From: Mytilus edulis
Lineage: Eukaryota
Length of the DNA stretch: 64,000 nt
Reading direction: 5' to 3'
Assembly (NCBI RefSeq): GCF_963676685.1
Contig: NC_092344.1
Coordinates: forward strand, 1,116,001-1,180,000
Part shown: piece after piece, positions 13,145 to 26,229 of the stretch
Position numbering within the stretch: position 1 is the stretch's first letter
Layout of the letters: every line of letters begins with the position of its first letter
Program-made: the position numbers and the translations under genes
Notes under the pieces: generated by a model
Database searches by the model: none
What the model was told of the DNA's origin: nothing
What the model saw: the letters and a program-made list of their open reading frames with translations, nothing else

Positions 13145-14329
13145 AAAAGCTCATACTAACAATGACCACTGCCCTTTCCTCGAACTTGATATATATCTAT
13201 ATCACAAACGGAAAGCTTAATACTAAAATTTATGATAAAAAAGATGATTTTTCATTTCCTTCGTTAATTATCCATTTTTAGATGGTGACGTTCCCTTGTC
13301 ACCATCTTACGGTGTTTATATATCTCAACTTGTACGATTCGCTCGTGTATGTAACAATGTTTTAGATTTTAACGAGAGAAATTTATGTATTACTAAAAAA
13401 TTATTACACCAGGGTTTTCGATATCACAAACTAGTCAAAACATTTACTAAATTTTATCATCGGTATAAGGACATCATTCCTAAATATAGCTCAACATGCA
13501 GACTTCTTATTTCGTTTAGGTATTTCACATCCATTTTTTTATGGAAATATTCTTTATAAAGCACAAAAATGTCAGTATTCACCTCAGAAACTAACAAAAC
13601 CTTTAAATAGACTTATTAAGAAGGGATATAGTTACGATACTGTTAGGTCATTAAAGATTGCATATTTTGGCGTTAGGGTTTTTGCATCGGAACTAAACAC
13701 ATTTATTCAAAAACCAGTTCTTGGCATGACACAGGTTATGTTCTTCCCAAATATGTTATGATGGTATGATACTAAACCCCTAACGGGAAGGATTGTGCCT
13801 GATATTCATATGATGAAATCGTAATCTTTCAATCAGTTTAATTGAAGTCTGGAGCTGGCATGTCAGTTAACTGCTAGTAGTCTGTTGTTATTTATGTATT
13901 ATTGTCATTTTGTTTATTTTCTTTGGTTACATCTTCTGACATCAGACTCAGACTTCTCTTGAACTGAATTTTAATGTGCGTATTGTTATGCGTTTACTTT
14001 TCTACATTGGCTAGAGATATAGGGGGAGGGTTGACATCTCATAAACATGTTGAACCCCACCGCATGTTTGCGCCTGTCCCAAGTCAGGGTCACTCAGGAG
14101 CCTCTGGTCTTTGTTAGTCTTGTATTATTTTTAATTTTAGTATGACGTTCATTATCACTGAACTAGTATTTATTTGTTCAGGAGTCAGCTGAAGGACGCC
14201 TCCGGGGCGTCCAGGTGCGGGAATATCTCGCTACATTGAAGACCTGTTAGTGACCTTCTGCTGTTGTCTTTTCTATGGTCAGGTTGTTGTCTCTTTGACA
14301 CATTCCCCATTTCCATTCTCAATTTTATC
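13145..14329 (+). mobile_element. 5'-truncated Penelope-like retroelement: frameshifted RT C-terminus plus 3' non-coding region
   Basis: Translation across frameshifts gives CPFLELDI..KLNTKIYDKKDDFSF..VNYPFLDGDVPLSPSYGVYISQLVRFARVC, typical of the PLE RT palm/thumb. No C-terminal GIY-YIG follows. It ends in the CCATTCTCAATTTTAT module also found as free copies at 16700-16895, 40925-41056 and 55130-55300 (-). Confidence 0.8.
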
Positions 14330-15863
14330 AATAGTGTTTGCCATAATTCAGGATAACCTGTAAGAACAAGGTGTGACAAAATGTCATTGACCTAGTTTTT
14401 ACTGGTTTGTGCTTATTATTCATAAGTCTGCTTTAGACTTAATACCAAAAACAATCATGTCCTGCAGAAGCCATGGAACTACGATTTAAAGAAAAGCCAT
14501 TTGTAAGCAAGTTTATTAATATAAGCAGATTTTTCTACAACTTTCATATGCTTTTTTATGTCAAAAAGCCTATTAAATTTTGATCATTTAAACCTCAGCA
14601 AATTTGTGCAAGTCACTGAATAATTCTGTTAAATTCATTCAGGTAGATGGTTGTTTCTATACACAGTAGGTCTTTTGAAAATGAATAAAAATGGTCAGAT
14701 GGCTTAAAATGTCAAATGTCCCGTAAATGATAATATATGAGTACAGATTTCTGTAAAGACAAAATCATCTGAAACTGAGCGAGTTCATGCAATATAACTC
14801 AAATTATCACATGCATTTGTATAATGACAATACCTAAGCTTGAATAAGTCACAACATAAAAATAAGGAGATTTGGCATGATTGCCAATGACACAACTTTC
14901 CACCAGAGTTCAAATGAAGTAAACTTAATGAATTCAATTAATCCTGGACTCCACATGCCACATATCAATAACAGTTATTTATTCTATACATTGTGTAACC
15001 TCTGGAAAAACAATTAATCATTCAAAAATTATTTATAAACATACAATTAACCTTAAGCAACCATAAAAAGATATTTTTATAATGATACAAAAATACTCTG
15101 ATGCAAGTTACATGTATATTTTAAACTAAACTCCATGAACTTCAATCAAGGGGAAATAATTACAAATCTCTAATGGTACCAGAGAAATAAGACTTATTTC
15201 TATATGAGTTTTGATAAGAAATCAATAATGCCCCATTGGCAGCCTAAGGTGGAAGACTTTTTTTACAATGACTGATTTCTATCATCAGTGATAATTAAAT
15301 CAATAAGTAAGATTTCTCTCTTCGGCTTCATTTATGCATAATGTTATATGAACAGGCTAAAATATCAATACAAACTTCAATAACTAATTTTCTGATCAAT
15401 TATTCTGCTATTGGGAATCATACAATTGCCGTTTAAATAGTTCCATATCAGGAAATTTTATCTTTGAAATCATTTTCATGCCTAACCAAACATCAAATAT
15501 TGGTTTTATGCTTTTAGAAGGTTTTGTTCTTTTTATTAAAAGTCCTTGTAAAAATCCATTAAAACTCAAAATCCTATCAATATTTTATTATCAAAGACAT
15601 TATTCTCCATGCTACTATAGAAGTGAAATGTTTGCCTTCTTTTCTTCACAGGCCATTATCATATATCACAGTGAAATGTTTGCCTTCTTTTCTTCACAGG
15701 CCATTATCATATCACACAAATGTAACCTTTAAATTCACAAACATTCAAAGAATAACAACCAAAAGTATTAAAATACCATCTGCTGATTATATCAAATACA
15801 AGGTATACATACTGGAGTGAGACAGCAACCTAGAAATATAGAGTAAACAAAGACAAGCAGTAT

Positions 15864-15985
15864 TTCCTATTGAAGGTCAGTGGTTTTCTCTGGGCACTCT
15901 GGCTCCCTTAGATCCACCAATAAAAACTGGTAATAGCCCAAAAGTGGTGCTTCAAAGTGGCTTTAAAAAACAGAAAATCAAAAAG
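15864..15985 (+). mobile_element. 3' half of the tRNA-SINE family
   Basis: GAAGGTCAGTGGTTTTCTCTGGGCACTC...CCAATAAAAACTGG...AATAGCCCAAAA is reverse-complement similar to 12840-12930. Confidence 0.6.
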
Positions 15986-18286
15986 AGCAACACAATGGTA
16001 TGGATGGCAAGCTAAAATTGTGCATGAAAAAGAATTACTCTATACTTCAAAACATCATAATAATTACTATAGAATCTTTACCAGCTTACACAAGAAGTCA
16101 ATGTAATACAACATTTCAATTATAAAAAAACAAAATTTTCAAAAGAACATGTAGTTTCTAAGAAAAAAAAAACACCCAAGGAAACTTTTTTATCTAAATT
16201 ATTATTTTCAATGATGCACTTTCCTCACAGTGACACAAAAAAACAAATATTGTCTCAGGTTTAAATTCTAAGCTGAATGACTTAAATTGCATACACATTC
16301 AATTAAGAACGAAGTCCTCAAAATAATGAGTAGGTGAGCAATGATATAAATTTTTATAATCTAAGATTGCTCAGAGACCAATTGACAGTTTTGGAAACAA
16401 GTGGGTGCTATATTAGGTCCACAGGCTAAACAACCATCAGAGCAATCCCATACTTCTTACAATATAGAAAAAAATGCCCATACTGATTAGAATAGTAGGA
16501 ACGTGTACTAAACTTCAGGTATATGCATGCAGAGTTTAAATGCTGGATATATGCCACCTGCTTTACTGATAATGACTGAATTAAACAGTAAAAGCCTCTC
16601 AGATTCATTTTATTTTAGAAAAGGAAGTCTCTAAGATAAAGCACAGTAATGGTAAAATTGTAAGTTCTATTTTTGATTAGAATTTTCTGGCACACCACCT
16701 CAGGGTCAAGATTTTCTGGCTGTATTGAAGACCCATTGGTGGCCTTCTGCTGTTATCTGCTCTTTGGTCATGTTGTGGTCTCTATGACATATTCCCCATC
16801 TCCATTCTCATGTTGTGATCTCTATGACATATTCCCCATCTCCATTCTCATGTTGTTGTCTCTATGACATATTCCCCATCTCCATTCTCAATTTTCTTCG
16901 TAAATCAATGAAAAGATAACTTAGGCCTTTTACTTAAAATAAAGAGGGAAGGGGTGTATTTCATTGTAATGAAAAGTAAAAACCAGATGCTCCGCAGGGC
17001 GTACCTTTATACAACTGCAGAGGTCGAACCCTGACACAGTTGGGGCAAGTATGGACACAACATTTAAGCTTGATACAGCTCTGAATTTGATTGTGATTAA
17101 ATAGTGACACAATATAGGTTTCTGACACAGAATGAATGTGGTCTAAGAACTTAAACTTAAAAAATTGGACATTTACTTATTATGGTCCAATATCAAAAAT
17201 CTAAATACATGGTTAGATTTAGCATATCATAGAACCCCAAGAATTCAATTTTTGATGAAATCAAATAATGTTCAATTTTAGACCCTTTAGACCTCAATGT
17301 AGACCAATTTGATAATGGGGACCAAATATTAAAAATCTAAATACTTGATTTAGATTCAGCATATTGAATATCTAAATGTGCAATTAGATATTTCTTGCTA
17401 TTGTGCAATACAGTGATATGAAGATTTCTTGCTATTGCACAATAATGTGCAATTGAAGATTTCTTGCTATTGCACAATACTGTGCAATTAAAAATTTATT
17501 GCTATTGCACATTACTGTGCAATTGAAGATTTCTTGCTATTGCAGAATACTGTGCAATTGAAAATTTCTTGCTATTGCACAATACTTAATATAATAATTT
17601 TGGACCCTGATTTGGACCAACTTGAAAACTGGGCCCATAATCAAAAATCTAAGTACATGTTTAGATTCAGCATATCATATAACACCAAGAATTTAATTTT
17701 TGTTAAAATCAAGCTAAGTTTAATTTTGGACCCTTTGGACCTTAATGTAGACCAATTTGAAAACAGGACCAAAATTTAAGAATCTGAATACACGGTTAGA
17801 TTTGGCATATCAAAGAACCCCAATAATTCATTTTTTGATGAAATCAAACAAAGTTTATTTTTGGACCCTTTTGGCCCCTAATTGGTTGTGACCAAAACTA
17901 CCAAAATCAATCCAAACCACCTTTTTGTGGTCATAAACCTTGTGTTAAAATTTCATAGATTTTTATTCACTTATACTAAAGTTATTGTGCAAAAACCAAG
18001 AAAAATGCTTATTTGGGCCCTTTTTAGCTCCTAATTCTTAACAGTTGGAACCAAAACTCCCAAAACCAATCCCAACCTTCCTTTTGTAGTCATAGCCCTG
18101 TTTAAATTTCATAGATTTTTATTCACTTATACTAAAGTTATTGTGCAAAAACCAAGAAAAATGCTTATTTGGGCCCTTTTTAGCTCCTAATTCTTAACAG
18201 TTGGAACCAAAACTCCCAAAACCAATCCCAACCTTCCTTTTGTAGTCATAGCCCTGTTTAAATTTCATAGATTTCTCTTTACTTAT

Positions 18287-19006
18287 AACAACAACAACAA
18301 CAACAACAATACTTTATTTTAAGAGGGTTACACAGTTAGCTATATAACTAATCTTCCCTGAGGCCCTCGTAATGAAAAATCAAACAAAACACAAACATAT
18401 ACTAGTACATTGCATACATACATTAGCATAAAAAGTCAAGTGTGATAATAATGTTCAATACAACTTGATAAAATGTGATGAAAAAATAAACATGATGACA
18501 TGATCAGTTTTTTATATTATTTATACAGTTAGGTTGATTTCAATAAATGATCTGCTATTTTGTATTTGAAAGAATTAATATTTGTAATATTTCTTAACGG
18601 TATTGGCAAATTATTCCACAAGTATGGTCCAGAATACATAAAAGATTTTTTGAATAATTCTGTTTTTGGTTTAGGGAGTATGAGGTTTCCTTGAACAGCA
18701 TTTCTCAAGGGGTACGGATTTCTGTCTGAAACATAATGAAACTTGTTAGTAAGATATGATGGGGCATCATTATTAATACACTTAAATGTCATCACTAACT
18801 TATGATATTTTATTCTCTGTTCAACTGTCATCCAGTTTAAGTGTTTGAATAAGGGTGCAGAAGGAGCGAATGGGTCTGTTTCTAGTATTAATCTAGCAGC
18901 CCTCTTTTGTAATTTTAATATCCTTTTTAAACCCTCACTGCTACAACTACTCCACACTATACAACAATAATCAATAAGTGGCAAGATATAACCATTATAG
19001 AATAAT
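18287..19006 (-). mobile_element. 5'-truncated CR1/L2-group LINE (RT C-terminus, 3' UTR, AATAAA and (TTG)n tail)
   Basis: ORF LFYNGYILPLIDYCCIVWS..LKLQKRAARLIL..LNW..APSYL..KSFMYSGPYLWNNLP is a CR1/L2-type C-terminus. The tail reads (AAC)n on the plus strand at 18287-18309. Confidence 0.85.
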
Positions 19007-19008
19007 TA

Positions 19009-19841
19009 CCGTATTCGGCCGTGTATAGTACGCATTTATGTATAGTCCGCACCCCCTTTCCATCCCCTTAAAATCGAGAAAAAAAGTTTTTTTTACAATT
19101 TTTTTTTTTTTTTTTTTTTTTTAAAGCCTAGTTCAGTGTAAAAATCCATTGAAAGGGACCTATTCTCCATGTATTTTATAAAAAAAAAATGTTTTATTTA
19201 TTTCATGAAAAATAATGAAATGGTAGAACTTTTCATCAGGTAATTAAAATTAAATAATTTTATAAAAGTAGTTATTAATCAAAAGATCCTTGTTAAGATC
19301 AACCTTTGTCTAAGTATCTCCAAGCTGATATATAATATAACAAAAATAATTTGAATATTATGGAACAAAAGAAAAAAGAGATCAAACATTTCTCTAAATT
19401 AATTAGTTGTAATCAAAATGTTAAAACTATTTAATCTTATATAATCTTTTCATTGATCATGTTGTTTTTTTGCCTGGGATTATAATATTTAACACCTGTC
19501 AAAACTTGACATCAGTATTTAATTACTACACAACCATACTTAATCCTTAATTACCCCTCTTGATTACCTTTGCAGGATGTCACACCTTTACTTTGAATAA
19601 TCAATTTTGAAGAGAAAAGTTAAAAAAGAATAAAAGAATAAGAATTAAATGAAATAAATATAATAAACGTCTCCAATATACATTATTAATGCAGAAAAAA
19701 CGAAATTAAAAAAAAAAAAAAAAAAAAAAAAATTTTTATATAAAATTTCAAAAACCGTCTATAGTTGTGTATAATCCGCACCCCTTGTACAACCTACATA
19801 TTTAAAGAAAAAAAGTGCGGACTATACATGCCCAAATACGG
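19009..19841. mobile_element. Tc1/mariner-pogo-type MITE with TA TSD
   Basis: TA|CCGTATTCGGCCGTGTATAGTACGCA ... TGCGGACTATACATGCCCAAATACGG|TA. Confidence 0.8.
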
Positions 19842-22800
19842 TATACTAAAGTTATTGGGGGAAAACCAAGAAAAATGCTTATTTGGGCCCTTTTTGGCCC
19901 CTAATTCCTAAACTGTTGGGACCAAAACACTCAAAATCAATCTCAACCTTCCTTTTATGGTCATAAACCTTATGTTTAAATTTCATAGATTTCTATTTAC
20001 TTTTACTAAAGTTAGAGTGCGAAAACCAAATGTCTTCGGACGACGACGACGATGACGATGACGACGCCAATGTGATACCAATATACGACCAAAAAATTTT
20101 CAATTTTTGCGGTCATATAAAAACAGGTACTTTTAATGTGTTCAGTGTAATCTATTTCAAAATAAGTATTATTGCATTACAAATGAGGACTTAAGTGTAA
20201 ACGTTTTTAGACAGATCTGTTCCTGCACTTGGCAAAGAATGTTTATTCAATATGCATAAGTTGCATTGTTAATTACAAACAAATTTAAGTTATGAAAAGT
20301 CAACATAAAGCATTTCTTAGGCTGTAAAAGCTGCCACAAAAACATTTCACTTCCATTTAATCCTCAATCAAACAGAAACATAAGTTACTATGTACATAAA
20401 TATCTCCAGTTAATTGAAGCCATCTTGGTATTTATTAGCTTAATTATTTTTTTGTTATTTCATACTATGTACATACACTTATTGTAAATATCTGCAAGTA
20501 AGATGAAATAAAATTTTCTTGATCAATTAAAAAAAATAATTATAAAATTATATAATTTGCACTTCTAGAACGAAACAAGCCCAGTATAATTTGTACTGAG
20601 CTTAACATCAGAGGCATTGGGTGCACTTGATTACTTGGCAATTCATTTTAACCTCTGTACATATTCCCAAGAAAGATCAGACATGACAAAATTTCATTAT
20701 TTGTTTAATATGACTCTGATAGCATCAAGCAAGTGTCATCATTGATGAGTAACAAGGTCAAATAGAAGAAAGCAAACCAATGATAGAAATACATTACTTG
20801 TATTTCAATTTCACCACTTTTGTGCATACTTAATGCAGTCACTTATGTTTGCAAGAATAAACTCAGAAATTAAAGACCCTTTAGTGAGCAAGCACATGTA
20901 TCCCACACCTACACATAAGAATAGGAATTGTTCATGAATAGTAACCTGCTTGCTTAGTTTTTGTCTACCTACATCAGGTATGAATCTGATATGAAATATT
21001 TGAGTTAGGACTGACATATGGGTCAAAATCTATATAACCAACCCCATTCAGATACATTTGGATCAGTAAATCATTCTTTTTAAAAAGAAAAGACAGTCTT
21101 CTGCATATTATCCAGAGAGGGATTAAGGAGGAGGCGGGGAACAGGGGGCCTGAGTCCCCTCTTTTGTGTGATACATTTGGTTGATTATATAGGGAATCGC
21201 TGAAACATGACTGGAGCGGGCCCCCACTTTTGGATTCGCCACTGACATATGTTGAACAAGTTTGTTCAAACTGTTTGGTCCAGTAATGGATTACAATATG
21301 GGATAAAATGTCCATTTAAAAATAATATTTAGAATTGATGTTTTTCTATTTTCTTTCCCCAAAGACCCTCACAATAACATTGTTTATCAATATAATGCCT
21401 GATTATCCTACACTATTACAGTTTCCAATTCATTACCAATATAATCTTTGCATCTATCTAACATCTACAGGAAATTAAGTGATTTTTCTTAATAACTGGA
21501 GGACATTTTCCTGTAAATGTCAGCTATGTTCATTATTTCTAGGACATTGCTTTCTCAGCATTATTTGCTTGTTTGCCTTCTGTCAATCTTAGAGTTAATC
21601 TTACTACCCTAGGTTATAACCAGGAGCCTAAAAAGTGATTTTGGTTTATGTAAAATTACAAATTATCTTGCTTTTGTGATTACTTTAAGATAGGGTTGTT
21701 TTCGTTTATGATTTCAGCCATCAATATAGTGTGTCACCTTAAATACAAAAATCTTTTTTTTAATTAACTATGACCTTAACCTTAGACATAGTGACTTTGT
21801 GATCATAGAAATAGCTGTACCAGTGAAGAAATATGTAATAATAATGTAAATAATATTGTTGTTGAATAAAAAAAAAAAGACTTTGTAATCAATAATGATC
21901 TTATTATTATATGAGACCATATATGCAAGTAAGGTTGCAAACTCATATGCAGTACTTCACATAAATTTAGAAATGACTTCTCTACACAAATTTCAGTCTA
22001 ATTTAGAAGCTTTGACCTTCACCTTTGATAGATGATCTCAATATCAATATGGATCTTCTCACTATATGCGACCATTAATAAGTAAAGTTGCCATCCCATA
22101 TGAAATTAGTCAGTTTTTAGAATGAAAATGACCGTGGGCATTCAAAATCCAAAGGGATCTTTCGCTAAGTTAATGTGACCATATTATAAAGTATGGTTGC
22201 TGTCCTATATTTGTATTGTATTTTTAGCAGCCTGAAACCCATTTTTTCATAACTTTTTGTGTAGATTTAGTCATTTTAACCTTGACCTTAGACATAGTGA
22301 CCTGGGATCTACTCATAACTGAACATTACCTTGCAGAATTGTCTCCCTTGATACACATCCTTATACTATCATTCATGTCAACAGTTACAGGTAATAAAAC
22401 AATAAACTAGTTATAACTCCAGTATACTTACAAAAGTACAAAAACATGGAACACTATAAACCATTCATCGTTAAATCTTAGAATTAATAAAAATATCTGT
22501 TGTACTCCAATTACTGCTCATGAAAAAAACACCCAACTATTACGTTAAACTTGATAAACTAAGTAATCACTCAGCAAAAAACTAAAACAACTGTTTCATA
22601 TAGCTGTACATAGCATCCTTAAAGACTGTAAAACTCATTAGTTGAGCTGTCTTAAGAGTACAGTAATTAGGTCAGACGTCTTACCGTCAATGTCACCCCT
22701 GTCATGTAGGGGTTTGTGATGTATGCCTATTTACCTTTCAGCTCATTTAATCTTTAGTGGAGATGATCAGATAACACATGTTCTGACAGATTAGTATCAG

Positions 22801-23624
22801 CACTGTCTACATCTTCTGCAGTATCAATCAAACTAAACCTAGGTGTCTATCATTTATATTACATGTATAGGCAGATTTAGGGGGAGGGGTAGATGGGAAA
22901 CATTTGGTTCATTATTAAGGAAATCACTTAAGCAAGACTGGAAGTGGCCCCATCTTAGGAAGTCTGTTAGCACCATTTATTAAAATTTTTGGATGTGCCA
23001 CTGTATATTTTGTAAATAGTTTCTATTATTGCCTGAAGGCTTAATTCATTCTTCCCATTAAGGTCTTTCCACTATGTTAGGAAAAACCTTATTGTTTTTT
23101 TTCTAATTTTTACATAAATCACATACAAGAAACAATCCAAAAATTTAACTGTTTTCAAAGATTTTTTTAAAAGAATATAATAACTTAATAGTTAAAGACA
23201 TCTAACATCCTAACACAAGGTCATTGAAGGACATATGTGAAGAGAATAGAAACAGAAGTGGGTTATAAAATGTTTTTACTGGGAGATCAATACAAGTTTA
23301 TAAAACACAAATAAATAATGTATTGTAACTGGCCTATAAACTTCCTGACAACAATAAATGTTCATACTTCTGTTGTACTGGTGAACCTCTTAATCACAAA
23401 GTGTTCTACTCAATATAACAATACAACTTCATGCCAAGTACATAATGTATATTGGATATTGGTTTTCAAAGACTTGAAGATAAATATAGCCTACATAGAA
23501 TTAGAGAACCAGAATGTTTTTGTCATTTAGGGTATTTGGTATTGATGGCAGTGGACAATATTAGACTTTTAGCAATTATTGCAATGAATCCCATTTTCAT
23601 GACATTGGTTAATTGATTGTGTTT

Positions 23625-24778
23625 AACACATGTCTCCATCCCTGGCTATTCAGGGCGGTTTTTATTGGTATAAGAAGCATCATGCCCAGAGAGAACCACC
23701 ACCACATGTTTCACCATCCCTGGCTATTCAGGGCGGTTTTTATTGGTATAAGAAGCATCATGCCCAGAGAGAACCACCAACACATGTTTCACCATCCCTG
23801 GCTATTCAGGGCGGTTTTTATTGGTATAAGAAGCATCATGCCCAGAGAGAACCACCAACACATGTCTCCATCCCTGGCTATTCAGGGCGGTTTTTATTGG
23901 TATAAGAAGCATCATGCCCAGAGAGAACCACTAACACATGTTTCACCATCCCTGGCTATTCAGGGCGGTTTTTATTGGTATAAGAAGCATCATGCCCAGA
24001 GAGAACCACCAACACATGTCTCCATCCCTGGCTATTCAGGGCGGTTTTTATTGGTATAAGAAGCATCATGCCCAGAGAGAACCACCAACACATGTCTCCA
24101 TCCCTGGCTATTCAGGGCGGTTTTTATTGGTATAAGAAGCATCATGCCCAGAGAGAACCACCAACACATGTCTCCATCCCTGGCTATTCAGGGCGGTTTT
24201 TATTGGTATAAGAAGCATCATGCCCAGAGAGAACCACCAACACATGTCTCCATCCCTGGCTATTCAGGGCGGTTTTTATTGGTATAAGAAGCATCATGCC
24301 CAGAGAGAACCACCAACACATGTCTCCATCCCTGGCTATTCAGGGCGGTTTTTATTGGTATAAGAAGCATCATGCCCAGAGAGAACCACCAACAAATGTC
24401 TCCATCCCTGGCTATTCAGGGCGGTTTTTATTGGTATAAGAAGCATCATGCCCAGAGAGAACCACCAACACATGTCTCCATCCCTGGCTATTCAGGGCGG
24501 TTTTTATTGGTATAAGAAGCATCATGCCCAGAGAGAACCACCAACACATGTTTCACCATCCCTGGCTATTCAGGGCGGTTTTTATTGGTATAAGAAGCAT
24601 CATGCCCAGAGAGAACCACCAACACATGTTTCACCATCCCTGGCTATTCAGGGCGGTTTTTATTGGTATAAGAAGCATCATGCCCAGAGAGAACCACCAA
24701 CACATGTCTCCATCCCTGGCTATTCAGGGCGGTTTTTATTGGTATAAGAAGCATCATGCCCAGAAAGAACCACTAACC
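23625..24778. repeat. Highly homogeneous 76/78-bp minisatellite (~15 copies), apparently derived from the SINE 3' region
   Basis: Unit AACACATGT(CT/TTCA)CCATCCCTGGCTATTCAGGGCGGTTTTTATTGGTATAAGAAGCATCATGCCCAGAGAGAACCACC. The ORFs here only reflect the repeat. Confidence 0.95.
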
Positions 24779-26067
24779 TATTCTAATAACTATGGAGCAC
24801 ATAATCAATCTTCAAATTCATAGCATAATCATGGACAAAGAAGTTTTGGTTCAACCATTCAAAGGAAACATGGAAATCCAAGTTAATTACGACATTAAAG
24901 ATTTTTACAATTGTAGATCCAGTTAGCTACTATTTAAAATATTCAGTATTTCTTTAATAGCTACTATTTTGGCAAGCAATGTTGATGTCACTTATGTCAG
25001 CTTCTTTTTTTTTAATTCTCAAAATTGACATTTATGAATCCAATATGTTCCTTTTAACAAAAGAATGTTTAACAACCGTCACTCAGACATTCCCAACAGT
25101 GCTAAAATGAACATGCTTTTAAAGAAGTCATGAAATTAGAGAATTTTTTTACACCATAATATATCATGAAGATCTTGCATTAAAAAATATACACCTTTCA
25201 ATATAACTTCAATTGATATAAGTGCATTAAAGATAACTTTACAACAATGTTTTCCCCATTTCTTTACAAAAAAACTATCCCATTATAATGTTGTAACTCA
25301 TATATAACAAAACATTTCCATTCTACAAGTGAATCAAACTTCTTAATAATCAAGTGTTATAACTTTCTACTGTTTTACTTATCGGGTTTATATTAAGACC
25401 AGGAAATATAAATATTTTCGTTCAGCAACAAAACATTGATTATTACAAGCAGCAGCATACCAACTTATAAATATTACTACCATTTTATATGCCTGCTATT
25501 TTATTGTTTAACGAGCAGACAGAAAGATGAATTTCTTAGATTCTTTCCTCTATGTATTGTCTAGTAAGTTTAGTATTGGGAATTCATCAACGTTTCTCAC
25601 TTCTAGAGAAAGTTTATCAAAATAATAATCAATGAATTACTAACACCATGAACATAAAAACCTTGTTCCAAATAAAAGAATTAACTATAGATATATATAT
25701 ATACTTTTGACATATCAAATGTATGTAATGGTAGTTAATAAAAGATATTGTCAAAAGACAAATTAAGAGAAAAAATATTACTTCTGTAGAACTGGACAGG
25801 ATAAAACTTTACTCATTCTAAGTATTTCTTTATTTGAAAGAAAGAAAAATTCTGCACAATTTTTAAAGTGCCAATTAAACAAAAGTTTAAAGAGGAAAAT
25901 CAATGGTGGTATATTACTCATCAAGTTACGCGACTTGAAACACAATGGCGGCTCATTATCTGGAACCCTGTCACTGTTTTCAGGTGCAACAATATGAAAA
26001 TGGGTTGTCTAATGTCATTTAGCAATTCAAATTACCAAATGAAAGACCACTTCAACATATCAAAGCC

Positions 26068-26229
26068 CAGTGGCGGATCCAGCCATTTTAAAAAGGGGGG
26101 TTCCCAACTCAGAGTAAAGGGGGGTTCCAACTATATGCTCCCATTCAAATGCATTGATCGGTCAAAAAAAGGGGGGGGGGGGTTCCAACCCCTGGAACCC
26201 CCCCCCCCCCCTTCCTGGATTTGCCACTG
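26068..26229. mobile_element. hAT-type MITE with 5-bp TSD
   Basis: CAGTGGCGGATCCAG...CTGGATTTGCCACTG flanked by AAGCC/AAGCC. A related, more decayed copy lies at 38523-38682. Confidence 0.85.

Larger units (their letters stand above)
16977..20123 (-). mobile_element. Non-autonomous Helentron (HINE/DINE-1-like) with internal ~35-bp and ~156-bp tandem repeats; hosts nested LINE and MITE
   Basis: Minus-strand 5' end is TTTTATATGACCGCAAAAA..GGTCGTATA (subTIR + IR) followed by a (GTC)n microsatellite. A degenerate subTIR and a GC-rich short hairpin lie at the other end (16985-17020). Internal arrays at 17380-17585 and 17870-18286/19844-20030. Confidence 0.8.

Noticed and set aside
23613-24823. 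Repetitive ORFs (MPRENHQH.. / SPSLAIQGG..) as genes
   Set aside because: They are artefacts of the 76/78-bp minisatellite; unit lengths shift frame.
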